From contig JBCBJQ010000019.1 of assembly GCA_038523235.1 (NCBI GenBank), positions 1 to 64,000 on the forward strand: 64,000 bases of DNA. Direction: 5' to 3'. This document shows positions 1 to 9,874 of this stretch, in pieces. A program made the position numbers and the translations under genes. This stretch comes from Cyanobacteria bacterium J06626_4 (GTDB lineage: Bacteria; Cyanobacteriota; Cyanobacteriia; Phormidesmidales; Phormidesmidaceae). Under the pieces are notes generated by a model. That model was not told where the DNA came from. It searched no databases and saw only the letters and a list, made by a program, of their open reading frames with translations. Position 1 is the stretch's first letter. Each line of letters starts with the position of its first letter.

Positions 1-1999
1 CGATAAATATAGACTGTTCTAGATTAGCATCCTCCAGTTTGACGTCTTGAAGAAGAGAATCCTGGAAATTTGCTCTTGTCAAATCTGAACCAACAAAAGA
101 TAAACTTGCCAAAGATGAGTTTACGAATTTTGCCCCTGATAAATTAGATTCTGAGAAATCGGAATTGCTGATTTTATCCAATCTATCAATTGAAAGATCT
201 ATGTTTGAAAGATTATTGTCATCGCAAAGTCTCAGGCCTGAAAGTTCTTTTTTGCCGCCAAACCTTATTCTGTGATCCAGTAGAAAATCATTCAGCACAA
301 ATTTTCTGCAGTCATTTTGATATAAACTCCAACTGCCAAGTAAAAGCCCGGAGGTAATGTAAATAAGCGGTGTCAGAATTGTGATTGGCAGAGCAAACAC
401 AGTAGTTGCCCTGGTGAATAAATCTTGCTTGTTTTTCTTGGTGCTGGCACCCACAAACTCTCCTGCTAGGCTTGAAAGCCGAGTATTTGGATTGCTAGCA
501 TTGAGCTGCATAAACTCCTTAGCATCTCGTAAGGGGCGGCCTTGTAACAGATAGCCTTTCAGTTTGCTCTGCTGCTGCCATTCCAGGGCCTCTCGCTCAA
601 TCTTGCGCTTTTGCCGTAACGCTTCCCGGCATTCAGCAATCCACTCCTGTAGCTGAGTCCAATTCCGAATCAGGGCTTCATGGGTAACTTCAATAATGTC
701 GCCACCGTCTTCAGTAGAGTAAGTAACTAAAAAGCGCACTGCAGGAGCCGAAAATTTCTCAATAATTGATTCCAAGATCGGTTTATCACTGTCGCTGGTG
801 ATCAGCTCTGACTTAGTGACGCGGCGACGAGTCACCACATTCGCGTCATCGATTTGTACCAGGGCAACAAAAATCCTGGGGGCAAGTTTTTGCTCCTCCT
901 CGTTCAGCGATTCATACACCTGCTTGGCTTCATCCGCTAACGCTCCACCCACACCGCCAATGCACTTCAGAGTCACAGAGGGGGGCTCGCCCTGCTTTAG
1001 ACCTTCCCAAATGCGCTGCAACGTAAATTGCAAAAGGGGTAGCGCCCCTTGCTGGCCACGGGTTTGTTCAATTAGCAGTTGCACCGTTGCGGGGTCAAAG
1101 TCATACCCAGCTTGGGTGGCGGGCTCCGCAATGGCTGCGGCAAGCCCCTCTGGCTGCATGATGGGTACCAGAAATCCCTGGGTCGAAAAGAGCTTATTGA
1201 GTTCAGGATATTCCTGGGTGGCCCCGATGAAATCACTGCGGCAAGTAATCATCACCGACACATATTGAGCGCGGTCTTGGGCGGCATAGAGCAGATTGGC
1301 AATGAACTGTCTTCTCTCCTCTGGGTCTTCACAAAGGGAGTAAACCTCTTCAAATTGATCCACCAGCACAATTAGAGGACAAGTCTGGATGTCTGGCAAG
1401 ACACTCGCGATGCGCTGGAGGCCATCGAACGCTTCGTCCTTATTCGCCAGGCTGAGTTCCTCAGCAAACTCCCGAGTCTTTTGAGCTGGGGTCTGATCAT
1501 CCTCCGCGATCCGAGCCAATATCGTTGCTAAAGCTGATAAGGGCTGCGTGCCCGGCACCAGCATCGCTACGCGTGCCCGGTCTCTTTCCGGTAACGACTG
1601 CTGACTGAGTTGATACAAAAATCCGGCTCTGGCTAAAGATGACTTGCCGGAGCCGGAGGGGCCATAGATGGGCAAGAGTCGAGTTGTATTTTTATCGTTG
1701 TGGAGATTGCGAAACAAATCCCACAGCCTCTGAATTTCATCCGCCCGGCCAAAGTAGCGATCGCCGTCGGTTTCATCGAACGCGAGTAGTCCTTTGTAGG
1801 GATTCGCTCCCAGGGGTCGAGCGGACTGCGGTTGTGGGGCGGGAGCTGTGACAGAGCCATCCGCCTGGTTGATAATGGCTTGTCCACCGCTGACGTAGAC
1901 CACAATACCGCCATACACCTGGCCAATGGTCTGGTTGCGATCGCCCTGAGTCGTTTGATTGATTTGGTTAGAGGTAGAAGTGTCCGGCTGTCCAGACAT
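1..1999 (-). CDS. STAND (nSTAND1-type) NTPase with a TM segment and C-terminal pentapeptide repeats; 3' end runs off the window
   Basis: Translated by hand, absent from the ORF track. MSGQPDT...NPYKGLLAFDETDGDRYFGR, Walker A GPSGSGKSS, Walker B LIVLVDQFEEVY, LPLLQFTL, EVTHEALIRNW, hydrophobic TVFALPITILTPLIYITSGLLLG, then SDFSESNLSGAKF...SDLTRANF...DANLEQS pentapeptide pattern. No stop before position 1. Confidence 0.88.
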   Translation of the reverse strand, partial: MSGQPDTSTSNQINQTTQGDRNQTIGQVYGGIVVYVSGGQAIINQADGSVTAPAPQPQSARPLGANPYKGLLAFDETDGDRYFGRADEIQRLWDLFRNLHNDKNTTRLLPIYGPSGSGKSSLARAGFLYQLSQQSLPERDRARVAMLVPGTQPLSALATILARIAEDDQTPAQKTREFAEELSLANKDEAFDGLQRIASVLPDIQTCPLIVLVDQFEEVYSLCEDPEERRQFIANLLYAAQDRAQYVSVMITCRSDFIGATQEYPELNKLFSTQGFLVPIMQPEGLAAAIAEPATQAGYDFDPATVQLLIEQTRGQQGALPLLQFTLQRIWEGLKQGEPPSVTLKCIGGVGGALADEAKQVYESLNEEEQKLAPRIFVALVQIDDANVVTRRRVTKSELITSDSDKPILESIIEKFSAPAVRFLVTYSTEDGGDIIEVTHEALIRNWTQLQEWIAECREALRQKRKIEREALEWQQQSKLKGYLLQGRPLRDAKEFMQLNASNPNTRLSSLAGEFVGASTKKNKQDLFTRATTVFALPITILTPLIYITSGLLLGSWSLYQNDCRKFVLNDFLLDHRIRFGGKKELSGLRLCDDNNLSNIDLSIDRLDKISNSDFSESNLSGAKFVNSSLASLSFVGSDLTRANFQDSLLQDVKLEDANLEQSIFI

Positions 2000-2895
2000 A
2001 TTGCACCAGCGTCGATATCGTGATGTGGCAAGAAAACTTGCCCATGACCTTATCATCAAAAATTAGTCGATGATCTGATTCCGATCACTAGCAAATTTAT
2101 CGAACACTTGGGGTCAAAATGCATCTTCGATGGTTTAGGCGATCGCTGTCGCTAAATCTGGATTGCCTCAGTACTGCCTTCAGCTCTCATTGCTGCCCAA
2201 ACCTAAGCAAGACCACGCGATAAATCAGTACAGAATTTAGTTCACCATTCTTTCGATTACTGCAACCCCTTACCCAGAGAACTCTTCAAAAGCCACCCCG
2301 CTGATTTGTAATGAGCCGGTCACAGGTGTCTGACGCTTTGCGAACGAGTCCTGTCATCAGCTTTCTTTCTTGCAAATTCTGTATGAAGATCATCCACAGG
2401 CGATTGCAGTGCGTTGTTTGGCCGCTGTAGTCATCGCTGCGATAACGCCATAAATTGCTGACAGCATGAATCGACATAGAACTCTCTGCTCAAAGCGCTT
2501 GTAGCAGTCGGTTATCAAGCTGCACGAATACTCCTTTTTTGAGTTCAAACGTAAGACCGCCAGTCTTGGCAAGAACACCTTGCTTTTCAAGGTTGCAGAT
2601 CTCTGTTCAGAAAATGATGAGTCTTGTGTGCCTTAGGGCGTTGTTCACAAATAGTCTCCCCGCTCGCAGGGGCAAACCCATACAGAAAGCGTGTCTGTCA
2701 TGGGGATATCTTTAAACGCAGATCTTTGAGCTCATCAAGCGGTATAACCTCAGAATTCTCTCACTGTGAAGGAGGTTCAAGTATTGATTAAAAAATGAAT
2801 ATTGGATGCATCGCTGCTCAATGCTGGTATCTTGCTTAGGAATGCAATTGCATGAATTTTACAGAAAACAAGCCTTAAGAGGAGAAAATTGAAGG

Positions 2896-3324
2896 ATGGC
2901 TAATAGACAAACTCGGAATCGCGCTGTGAATTCTGCTGGGGGTTTTATGCGAGACTTCCAAGCTTTTTTGATGCGAGGTAACGTTGTTGATTTGGCTGTT
3001 GCTGTCATTGTTGGTGGTGCCTTTGGGGCGGTCATCAATTCCTTTATTGCTGATCTGGTGACGCCGATCATTCTGAATCCGGCATTACAAGCCGCTGGCG
3101 TTGATAATATTGCTGACCTGACTGCGAACGGTATTCAGTACGGATTGTTTTTGGCTGCAGTGCTTAACTTCGTCGTCATTGCCTTTGTTATCTTCCTGAT
3201 GGTGCGAGCGTTTGAAAAGGCCAAGCGGAAGGATGAGGTCGAAGCGGCAGCTGAACCCACCATTGAGGAAAAGTTGAACGACACACTCACTCAACTGACT
3301 GAAGTGATCAGCCAAAAGCTGTAG
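2896..3324 (+). CDS. mscL: Large-conductance mechanosensitive channel
   Basis: FQAFLMRGNVVDLAVAVIVGGAFG and YGLFLAAVLNFVVIAFVIF signature segments. Confidence 0.96.
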   Translation: MANRQTRNRAVNSAGGFMRDFQAFLMRGNVVDLAVAVIVGGAFGAVINSFIADLVTPIILNPALQAAGVDNIADLTANGIQYGLFLAAVLNFVVIAFVIFLMVRAFEKAKRKDEVEAAAEPTIEEKLNDTLTQLTEVISQKL

Positions 3325-3691
3325 CGATCGCGTCGGCACCTACCAAGATCGCTTCAGGGCATGGGCAACGCCAAAACTACGCCATGTATAAGAGCATTAG
3401 CTGTTATCAGCGATCGCGTTTGTGCAGGAGGCAATAGATTTTGCCATTGGAGTACCGCACCAAAATCGGTGCCTTCATCCTCCTTGTCGTTGCAAGGGGG
3501 ATTTTGGGGTAGGTGCTGGCCCGAATGTGACCCAGCTCACGTGAGTTCAGGTTAGTTGACGGCGGCACTCAGAATTCTCAGGTAGGGATTAAGTCACGCT
3601 TATTTTGCGGTCAGGGAGGGCTCAGGGGCGGGCCGCACTATAGAACTCAAGCTGATGAAACAACTAACCCCCTTTAAGGAGTTCACACATC

Positions 3692-4627
3692 ATGAAACGC
3701 ATTGCCCTCGCCCTGACTGCTTTGACCGCTGTTACCCTCGCAGTTGCACCCGCTAGCTACGCCGCCCCAGATTTTGATGAGTTACGTCAAGAGAACCTCG
3801 ATAAGGATGCGGTCAATTTCGATGAACTACGTCGCGAGAACTTAGAGAAAGACGCCGTCACTGAGATTCAAGTCAAGACGATTCGCTTTGATGACTTGCG
3901 TCGCGAGAACCTGGATAAGGATGCGGTTGATTTTGACGAACTGCGTCGCGAGAATCTCGACAAAGATGCGGTGTTTGAGGTTTATGTCAAAGGCGTTGAT
4001 TTCGATGAGCTGCGCCGTGAAAACCTAGACAAAGACGCTGTTAACTTCGACGAACTGCGTCGCGAGAATCTCGATAAGGATGCGGTGATTGAGCTACAGG
4101 TGAAAGGTGTTGATTTCGACGAGCTACGCCGCGAGAACCTGGACAAAGACGCCGTCAATTTCGATGAACTGCGTCGCGAGAATCTGGACAAGGACGCGTT
4201 TGTTGAGCTGCAGGTGAAAGGCGTTGACTTTGATGAGCTACGTCGCGAGAACCTGGATAAGGATGCCGTTGATTTTGACGAACTGCGTCGCGAGAACCTC
4301 GACAAGGACGCATTTGTTGAGCTGCAGGTGAAAGGTGTTGACTTCGATGAGCTACGTCGCGAGAACCTGGACAAAGACGCTGTCAATTTCGATGAACTGC
4401 GTCGCGAGAACCTCGACAAGGACGCATTTGTTGAGCTGCAGGTGAAAGGCGTTGACTTTGATGAGCTACGTCGCGAGAACCTGGATAAGGATGCGATCGA
4501 CATTGACGAGTTACGCCAAGAGAATCTAGAGAAAGGCAGCAAGTTTGATGAACTGCGTCGCGAAAACTTGGACAAAGATGCTGTCGATGGCGATGAGCTG
4601 CGCCGCGAGAACCTCGACAAAGACTAA
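3692..4627 (+). CDS. Secreted tandem-repeat protein of unknown function (signal peptide plus 16 DFDELRRENLDKDA-like units)
   Basis: AAGGAG RBS; MKRIALALTALTAVTLAVAPASYA signal peptide; repeat copies differ mainly at synonymous positions. Confidence 0.9.
   Translation: MKRIALALTALTAVTLAVAPASYAAPDFDELRQENLDKDAVNFDELRRENLEKDAVTEIQVKTIRFDDLRRENLDKDAVDFDELRRENLDKDAVFEVYVKGVDFDELRRENLDKDAVNFDELRRENLDKDAVIELQVKGVDFDELRRENLDKDAVNFDELRRENLDKDAFVELQVKGVDFDELRRENLDKDAVDFDELRRENLDKDAFVELQVKGVDFDELRRENLDKDAVNFDELRRENLDKDAFVELQVKGVDFDELRRENLDKDAIDIDELRQENLEKGSKFDELRRENLDKDAVDGDELRRENLDKD
3767..4624 (+). repeat. Coding tandem repeat: 45-bp unit within a 114-bp higher-order period
   Basis: Repeated gatgaactgcgtcgcgagaacctggacaaggatgc-like units; two units plus an 8-codon spacer recur six times. 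Confidence 0.93.
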
Positions 4628-4686
4628 AAAACTGGCTTGATCGACGATGCTCTTAGCGTCAAAACGTTTTCCTCACACACCTGTCG

Positions 4687-4716
4687 CCCCCTTGATTGTT
4701 TGATTGAGGGGGTTTT
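4687..4716 (+). terminator. Likely intrinsic terminator between the repeat gene and the convergent cnfR
   Basis: ccccct...aggggg stem followed by tttt. Confidence 0.55.
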
Positions 4717-4816
4717 ATTGTGGTTGGCGATGAGGGCGCTAGTCTGGTCCTCACCGGATTGGCGACGGCTGTGGTGCCGCGATCGCCGCTCAGTCATTTC
4801 AGGCATGCCCGCTCAG

Positions 4817-6421
4817 TTATTGCAAATCGAGCACCTGGCGAATCAAGACTTGATCGCCTGCATTCAAACTAAACCGGCCTTTTTCAATATCGCGAATCCA
4901 GCTCTGACTTTTGCCCAGCTGATCGGCCAGGGCGCGCTGGGTCAGGTTTTGTTGTTGGCGAGCGGCTTTGATCATGCTGCCCGAGAGCTGCTGACTGGCG
5001 CGTTCCGTGCTTTGGGTTGGTGACTTGCGCCGCCGACTGGGTGGGTTGCGCTTGGTGATTTGCTGCCAGCCCTCCGGTGATTCAAAGCCGAGCAGGCGAG
5101 CATTGAGTAAGCGCTGCCATTTGTCGCGGGGGGCGGTGTTGGTCAAACTCTGGTGACTTTGGGCGTCGTCGGTCCAAAAGGCGAGGGCCTCGTCGGCATC
5201 TTCGGGAATTGTGGCGAGCTTAGTCCACAAGGGTTGAATTTCGGGCGGGTAGGTTTCGGGGTCGAATATCGGCTTGAGGCCGTAGTGATAGACCGCCTCC
5301 AAATCCCCTTCAAAGGTTTTGAGTAAACGTTTGTGCGCGCCTCGAATGGTGGTGGCTTGGGTCAGCCGCTCTTCGCCGTAGGCGATGCGCAATAGCGTGC
5401 GAACGGTCATGCGGTGATCGCCGCCGAGGCGGAGCTTAAACGAGAGCCATAGCATTAAGCGCACCGCGCCCTCATGCTGTTGCCAGTTGCTCATGACCTC
5501 TGATAGCAAGGCTTGGGGTAGGGTGCCGTACTGATAAAAGGCAGTGTGATGGCGGTAATTTTGTTTGTTTAAGAAGCGTTCGGCCCAGAGGCCACTTTGA
5601 ATGGTGAAGCTGAGGCCAATTAGGTGGCGATCGCCCGCCGTATCTTCTTCAAAAAAGTATTCTGTATCTAGCAGCTGCCAGACCGTATGCTCGGGCAGCG
5701 TAAAAGCGGGAACTTTGCCTTGGCGCGGCCAATTCATCGAGACCAACAGCTGACAACATTGGTAGACCCACTCTTTGATCAGCGTCAGTTTTTCTAATTT
5801 AGTTAGGTCTTTGCGTTTGTCGAGCCCTAAATATTGCTCGATTTGCTGATCGTTAATGACGAATGACTCTGCCCACGGGCGATCGACGGTCACGGCATAG
5901 GCGGCAAAAATCAGATGCAGGCAGGCCGCCCGGATATCAAACCGCGATAGGGCGGCTTGGCCTGCTCGCATTCCCAAGGGTTGGGGAGCGACCTGCTCCG
6001 GGTCGGCATCGAGACGAAAAGTCATGTCGCCGCGCCCCCGGTGTACGAGTCGGCGATAACAGAGTTTGTCGTCGGCATCGGCCTGCCAAGATAGGGCCTG
6101 CTGCTGCGTTAAGACGTTGCAGGTTTCCCAAATCACCATCGAAGAGGCAAAGGGGGTCGTTTTGCCATTGAGAAAGATCTCGGGAATGGCAGCGGGGAGC
6201 AGGCTACTTTTACAGCGTCCTTTTTTCGGTTGTAGGGGCGCTAGGGACTCAACACTGCAAACGGTGACACAACGCGGTACTTCAACATCAGGACAACCAT
6301 TGCAGAGAGTGGGATCAATCCAGTAGCCATCACTATCGCTGTTGGGCTTAATGGCCCCCTCTGGACAGACTGGATGACAGCTCTCACAAACAATGCAGTC
6401 ATCTTTGATGGTGTAAACCAT
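4817..6421 (-). CDS. cnfR: CnfR/PatB nif transcriptional activator
   Basis: N-terminal ferredoxin-type Cys motifs (CIVCESCHPVCP; CNGCPD...C..VC), C-terminal XRE HTH (LTQRALADQLGKSQSWIRDIEKGR), next to the nif cluster; start taken at MVYTIKDDC. Confidence 0.92.
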   Translation of the reverse strand: MVYTIKDDCIVCESCHPVCPEGAIKPNSDSDGYWIDPTLCNGCPDVEVPRCVTVCSVESLAPLQPKKGRCKSSLLPAAIPEIFLNGKTTPFASSMVIWETCNVLTQQQALSWQADADDKLCYRRLVHRGRGDMTFRLDADPEQVAPQPLGMRAGQAALSRFDIRAACLHLIFAAYAVTVDRPWAESFVINDQQIEQYLGLDKRKDLTKLEKLTLIKEWVYQCCQLLVSMNWPRQGKVPAFTLPEHTVWQLLDTEYFFEEDTAGDRHLIGLSFTIQSGLWAERFLNKQNYRHHTAFYQYGTLPQALLSEVMSNWQQHEGAVRLMLWLSFKLRLGGDHRMTVRTLLRIAYGEERLTQATTIRGAHKRLLKTFEGDLEAVYHYGLKPIFDPETYPPEIQPLWTKLATIPEDADEALAFWTDDAQSHQSLTNTAPRDKWQRLLNARLLGFESPEGWQQITKRNPPSRRRKSPTQSTERASQQLSGSMIKAARQQQNLTQRALADQLGKSQSWIRDIEKGRFSLNAGDQVLIRQVLDLQ

Positions 6422-7570
6422 AGGTAGTAGCCCTCGGAGTGATCGGGGGTGCGCATAACAGGCAGAAACGGTGGCAGGGAATTCTTCGCTCTGGTGCAAA
6501 TTGCCGATGCAATGGCCTCGATGGCACTCGGTGAATGCGCCGCAATCGCAGGCTGAATTCTGCTAGCTCCTGACTACAGGGATAACAATCCAAAATCTTG
6601 GTTTTTATATCATTCAATACAGTTTAAGTGTCTCTTAATATCTAAAAAAACCAGAAGTTGTAGGCAAACTTTCTTTCACTTTAAAGTGTCGCCAAATTGA
6701 CTGTTCTAGAATTTTGATTTTCGGCAATTCCTGACATTATTTTGATGTTGTTACAATATTGGCAATTGTTCATCTAACTGTTTATCTCTTGATTTTTGGG
6801 TGGCTTGCCAATGGTCAACAGTGAGTGACGATCTCTATCATATTTGCTTGAAATGCGCTGACGAGAAGGGTTTTAGGTGAAATGCGGAGATTTCGATGCG
6901 GAGAATTCAGTCGTTAAATCAAGCACCGAAGCGAGCAATCACCGGACATTGGCGGTGAACTTACTCCATTCCTTCAAAACCTATCGTAATCATTGACATG
7001 ATCGATGTAAAGCCTCGTTAATAGCTCTTAAAACTTATTTTCTAAGTGCTTTATTTATCGCTTGAGGATTGAAATGTACGGATCTTTGGGGGCGAATGTT
7101 TGCTAATATTTTGAGTAAGAGAGTGTGTACGTTAAAACCCGTTGAACCCCAGTTAATACCGATGAGTTAGGGCGAGTTTTTGCCTGGTTGGCTGGTGCGA
7201 TCGCCTCATTCAGCTTGTTGGTGATGTCACACTCGTCAGCTTTTTTACCGCCTTTATTGAGTGGATCGCGGCAGCTGTGCCATTGCGGCCAATGACCGGC
7301 GTTTCTGTCCGAGGCATATGGCCTGGGAGCGCTGGTGTCATTGACACTGCGATCGCAGGCTGACACTTCAAGCATGAGGGACAGTCTGCCGGGTCATTGC
7401 TTTGCCCCAGTGGTGAAGCGGTGGGGCGTGATCAGGCGGGGGCTGATGGCGGGTGAGCGAAAGCCAACAGACCTGGCGGCGCTCATGATGACATAACGCC
7501 GATTTGAGCTGGCACTAAGGGCAGAGCAAGCATGGCGGCACCGTTGATTAATTGTCGAGGAAACGATGTG

Positions 7571-7972
7571 ATGACCACCGTAGAGTTTTACGAAAAGCCG
7601 GGATGTGTGGGCAATGCCAAGCAAAAGCGGCTATTGCAGGCTGCGGGTCACGAGCTGCGGGTGCACAACCTGTTGACTGAAGGGTGGACCGCTGAGCGAT
7701 TGCGGCCGTTTTTTGGCGATCGCCCCATCGCCGATTGGTTTAACCCCACTGCGCCGCCGATCACTCAGGGGCAGGTTTTGCCGGCGACGCTGCTGGCTGA
7801 CGAAGCCCTGAGCCTCATGGTGCAGCAGCCGATTCTGATTCGCCGCCCCCTGTTGCAGGCCGGCGATCGCCAAGTTGCCGGATTTGACTTGGCCGCGATC
7901 GATGATTGGCTGGGCCTGACTCCCAGTACTGACCTGACTCAAGACGTACAAACCTGTCCCCACACGCGCTGA
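7571..7972 (+). CDS. ArsC-family nitrogenase-associated protein
   Basis: FYEKPGCVGNAKQKRLL, WFNPTAP and PILIRRPL motifs of the NifO-like ArsC subfamily. Confidence 0.88.
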   Translation: MTTVEFYEKPGCVGNAKQKRLLQAAGHELRVHNLLTEGWTAERLRPFFGDRPIADWFNPTAPPITQGQVLPATLLADEALSLMVQQPILIRRPLLQAGDRQVAGFDLAAIDDWLGLTPSTDLTQDVQTCPHTR

Positions 7973-8113
7973 GTTCCCGATCACCGCCAGCAGAGGAGTC
8001 GGAAGGCAAAAATCAGCCAAAACTAGCCGAGATGCTTATGAAGCATCGCCCCTGCTCCCTCGACCCTCATACCCTCTACTCCCCATTCCCCACTCTTTAG
8101 GAGACGATGCCCC

Positions 8114-8431
8114 ATGATGACCCTGCAAACAGCTGATGCAAAAAGCTCTGCCCTGACGTTTTTAATGGAGGATTTAGAAATTCCGGCGGAAGATCAGGAC
8201 TTCTTTGCTGTGCTTTCGGTGCGCGAATCGGGTAGCGAGTGGTATGTGGTGGAAATCGGCGTCGAAGGTCTGCCCGATAAATGGGTGCTGCAGGTGTTTG
8301 ATACGGGTGTGTGTGACCCCTGCTATACCTTTGTGTCGCCGATGCCCAAGGGCGAAGATGCCGATCTCGAAGAGTTTCCGAGCGTGATCGCGGCGGCGCT
8401 CTCCGCTGAACGCAATGGCGGCAGAATTTGA
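8114..8431 (+). CDS. Acidic hypothetical protein
   Basis: AGGAG RBS, protein-like composition, same direction as both neighbours. Confidence 0.75.
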   Translation: MMTLQTADAKSSALTFLMEDLEIPAEDQDFFAVLSVRESGSEWYVVEIGVEGLPDKWVLQVFDTGVCDPCYTFVSPMPKGEDADLEEFPSVIAAALSAERNGGRI

Positions 8432-8455
8432 TCGTTTTTATCCTGAGATAGTGCC

Positions 8456-8830
8456 ATGACCTCTACGCTTCCCCCCGAAGATCAACCCCCAGTCGCCATT
8501 ACGGATGTGGATGCCGCCCTACGGCGACAGCTCGAACTCTCGACCCGCAAGCATTTTTTTGAAGCCTGTGACGGGCCGACTCAGTCTCTCTTGATGGAAT
8601 GTCAGTGGGTCATCAGCCTCTCTGAGGTGTTGATGCTGGTGATTCACTGTCCCGATGCGACGGTCAACTGGCGCGTGCTCAACCGCATTGCCACCATTGC
8701 GGCCACGGTGGCGCAGTTCAGCCCGCTGGCGAAAATCCGGGTGTGCCCGCCGATGGGGCAGGGCGGCCCCTTTGATATGCGCGTTGACGAACGCTCGGAA
8801 TATCGCGATCGCATTGAAGGCGATCGCTAG
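8456..8830 (+). CDS. Hypothetical protein
   Basis: 24 bp after the previous gene; KHFFEACD...LVIHCPD...NWRVLN looks like a cyanobacterial family. Confidence 0.72.
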   Translation: MTSTLPPEDQPPVAITDVDAALRRQLELSTRKHFFEACDGPTQSLLMECQWVISLSEVLMLVIHCPDATVNWRVLNRIATIAATVAQFSPLAKIRVCPPMGQGGPFDMRVDERSEYRDRIEGDR

Positions 8831-9030
8831 CCCAGCCCTACTCCTCTCAAACAAGCTCGCCACCATGAACACCTTTGGTCAAGAGGGGAAGGATACTGGT
8901 AAGCCTATTCTGATGCCTTCATGCAGTAGCGTAGTGAGCTAACGCCTGACTCCAGCTGCGTTTGAGATGACAGTGGTTGGGCGGCGGTAAAAATCATTGG
9001 TGATTGCTCAAAGTCACCGGCAACGATGGG

Positions 9031-9654
9031 TCAATCATCAGATTTCTCACCCCGCCTGCGACTACGTCTGTACTGGCTCTGATACTCCCGCCGCTGTTTA
9101 GTAATCTCATACAGCACAATGCCCGATGTGGTGCCGAGATTAAGGCTTTCAATCATGCCAAACATGGGAATGCTCACACACATTTCACTCCGCGCTACGG
9201 CTAAATCGCTGATGCCTCTCGACTCGTTGCCGAACCAAACTGCCAGCCTGGTGTGGGTATAGTCAGCCTCGTGCAAAATTACGTTTTTCTGCCCCTTGAC
9301 ATGGGGAGACGTCACAATTGACACAAACCGATTTTTCTCTAAGTGGTCGAGGCAGGCTTCTGTGCTGTCGAAGCGTTTGACGAAGCTCCACTTAATCGCT
9401 GAGACAGACGTCTTAGACAGCGATCGCTTTTCTCGCATCTCTTGCCAATCTTCAGGCAATGCTCGTCGAGGGTCCACCACGTAGGCTTTCTCGACACCCA
9501 AAGCGTTGACGTTGCGGATCACCGTCCCGATATTTTTGATGTCGTTGGGATCTTCCAGTACCGCGATCAAGTTCTTGCATCGATAGTTCTTGATTTCGTC
9601 GGCCCGCTGCCGAACTGTACTCTTTTGCACCGGTTTATTTACCGCTTCTTCCAT
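9031..9654 (-). CDS. TrmH/SpoU-family RNA methyltransferase
   Basis: VLEDPNDIKNIGTVIR, WFGNESRGIS and IPMFGMIESLNL SPOUT motifs. Confidence 0.93.
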   Translation of the reverse strand: MEEAVNKPVQKSTVRQRADEIKNYRCKNLIAVLEDPNDIKNIGTVIRNVNALGVEKAYVVDPRRALPEDWQEMREKRSLSKTSVSAIKWSFVKRFDSTEACLDHLEKNRFVSIVTSPHVKGQKNVILHEADYTHTRLAVWFGNESRGISDLAVARSEMCVSIPMFGMIESLNLGTTSGIVLYEITKQRREYQSQYRRSRRRGEKSDD

Positions 9655-9874
9655 CGTGTCGCCCTAATGCCTCACGCTCAATTGGATCAATGGTTTCGTT
9701 TTTGTGAAAGCGGTAGGTGCACCCTAGGGAGAGCGGCTTGTCTGGTATCGCTGACGCCTGTGCTCAACAGGGTAAGGATACCTGTGGCGAAGCTTGCACC
9801 GATATTTTAGCGATCAGTGATGCCAAATTTTGCCAGATTGATCGCTCTAATGCCTGTGTTGGTTCTGGACATCG

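Noticed and set aside
798..2031. Track ORFs 798..1268, 1079..1375, 1633..2031 and neighbours
   Set aside because: They overlap the real minus-strand STAND gene, which the track missed because its stop lies outside the window.
3982..4620. Ser/Arg-rich 212-aa minus-strand ORF
   Set aside because: Antisense shadow of the repeat gene.
3767..4624. Repeat-spacer pattern resembling a CRISPR array
   Set aside because: Variation falls at synonymous codon positions, the spacers are related to each other, the frame is open with an RBS and signal peptide, and there are no cas genes.
6422..7570. Canonical NtcA (GTA-N8-TAC) or FNR site upstream of cnfR
   Set aside because: I found no full consensus match by eye, only partial ones.
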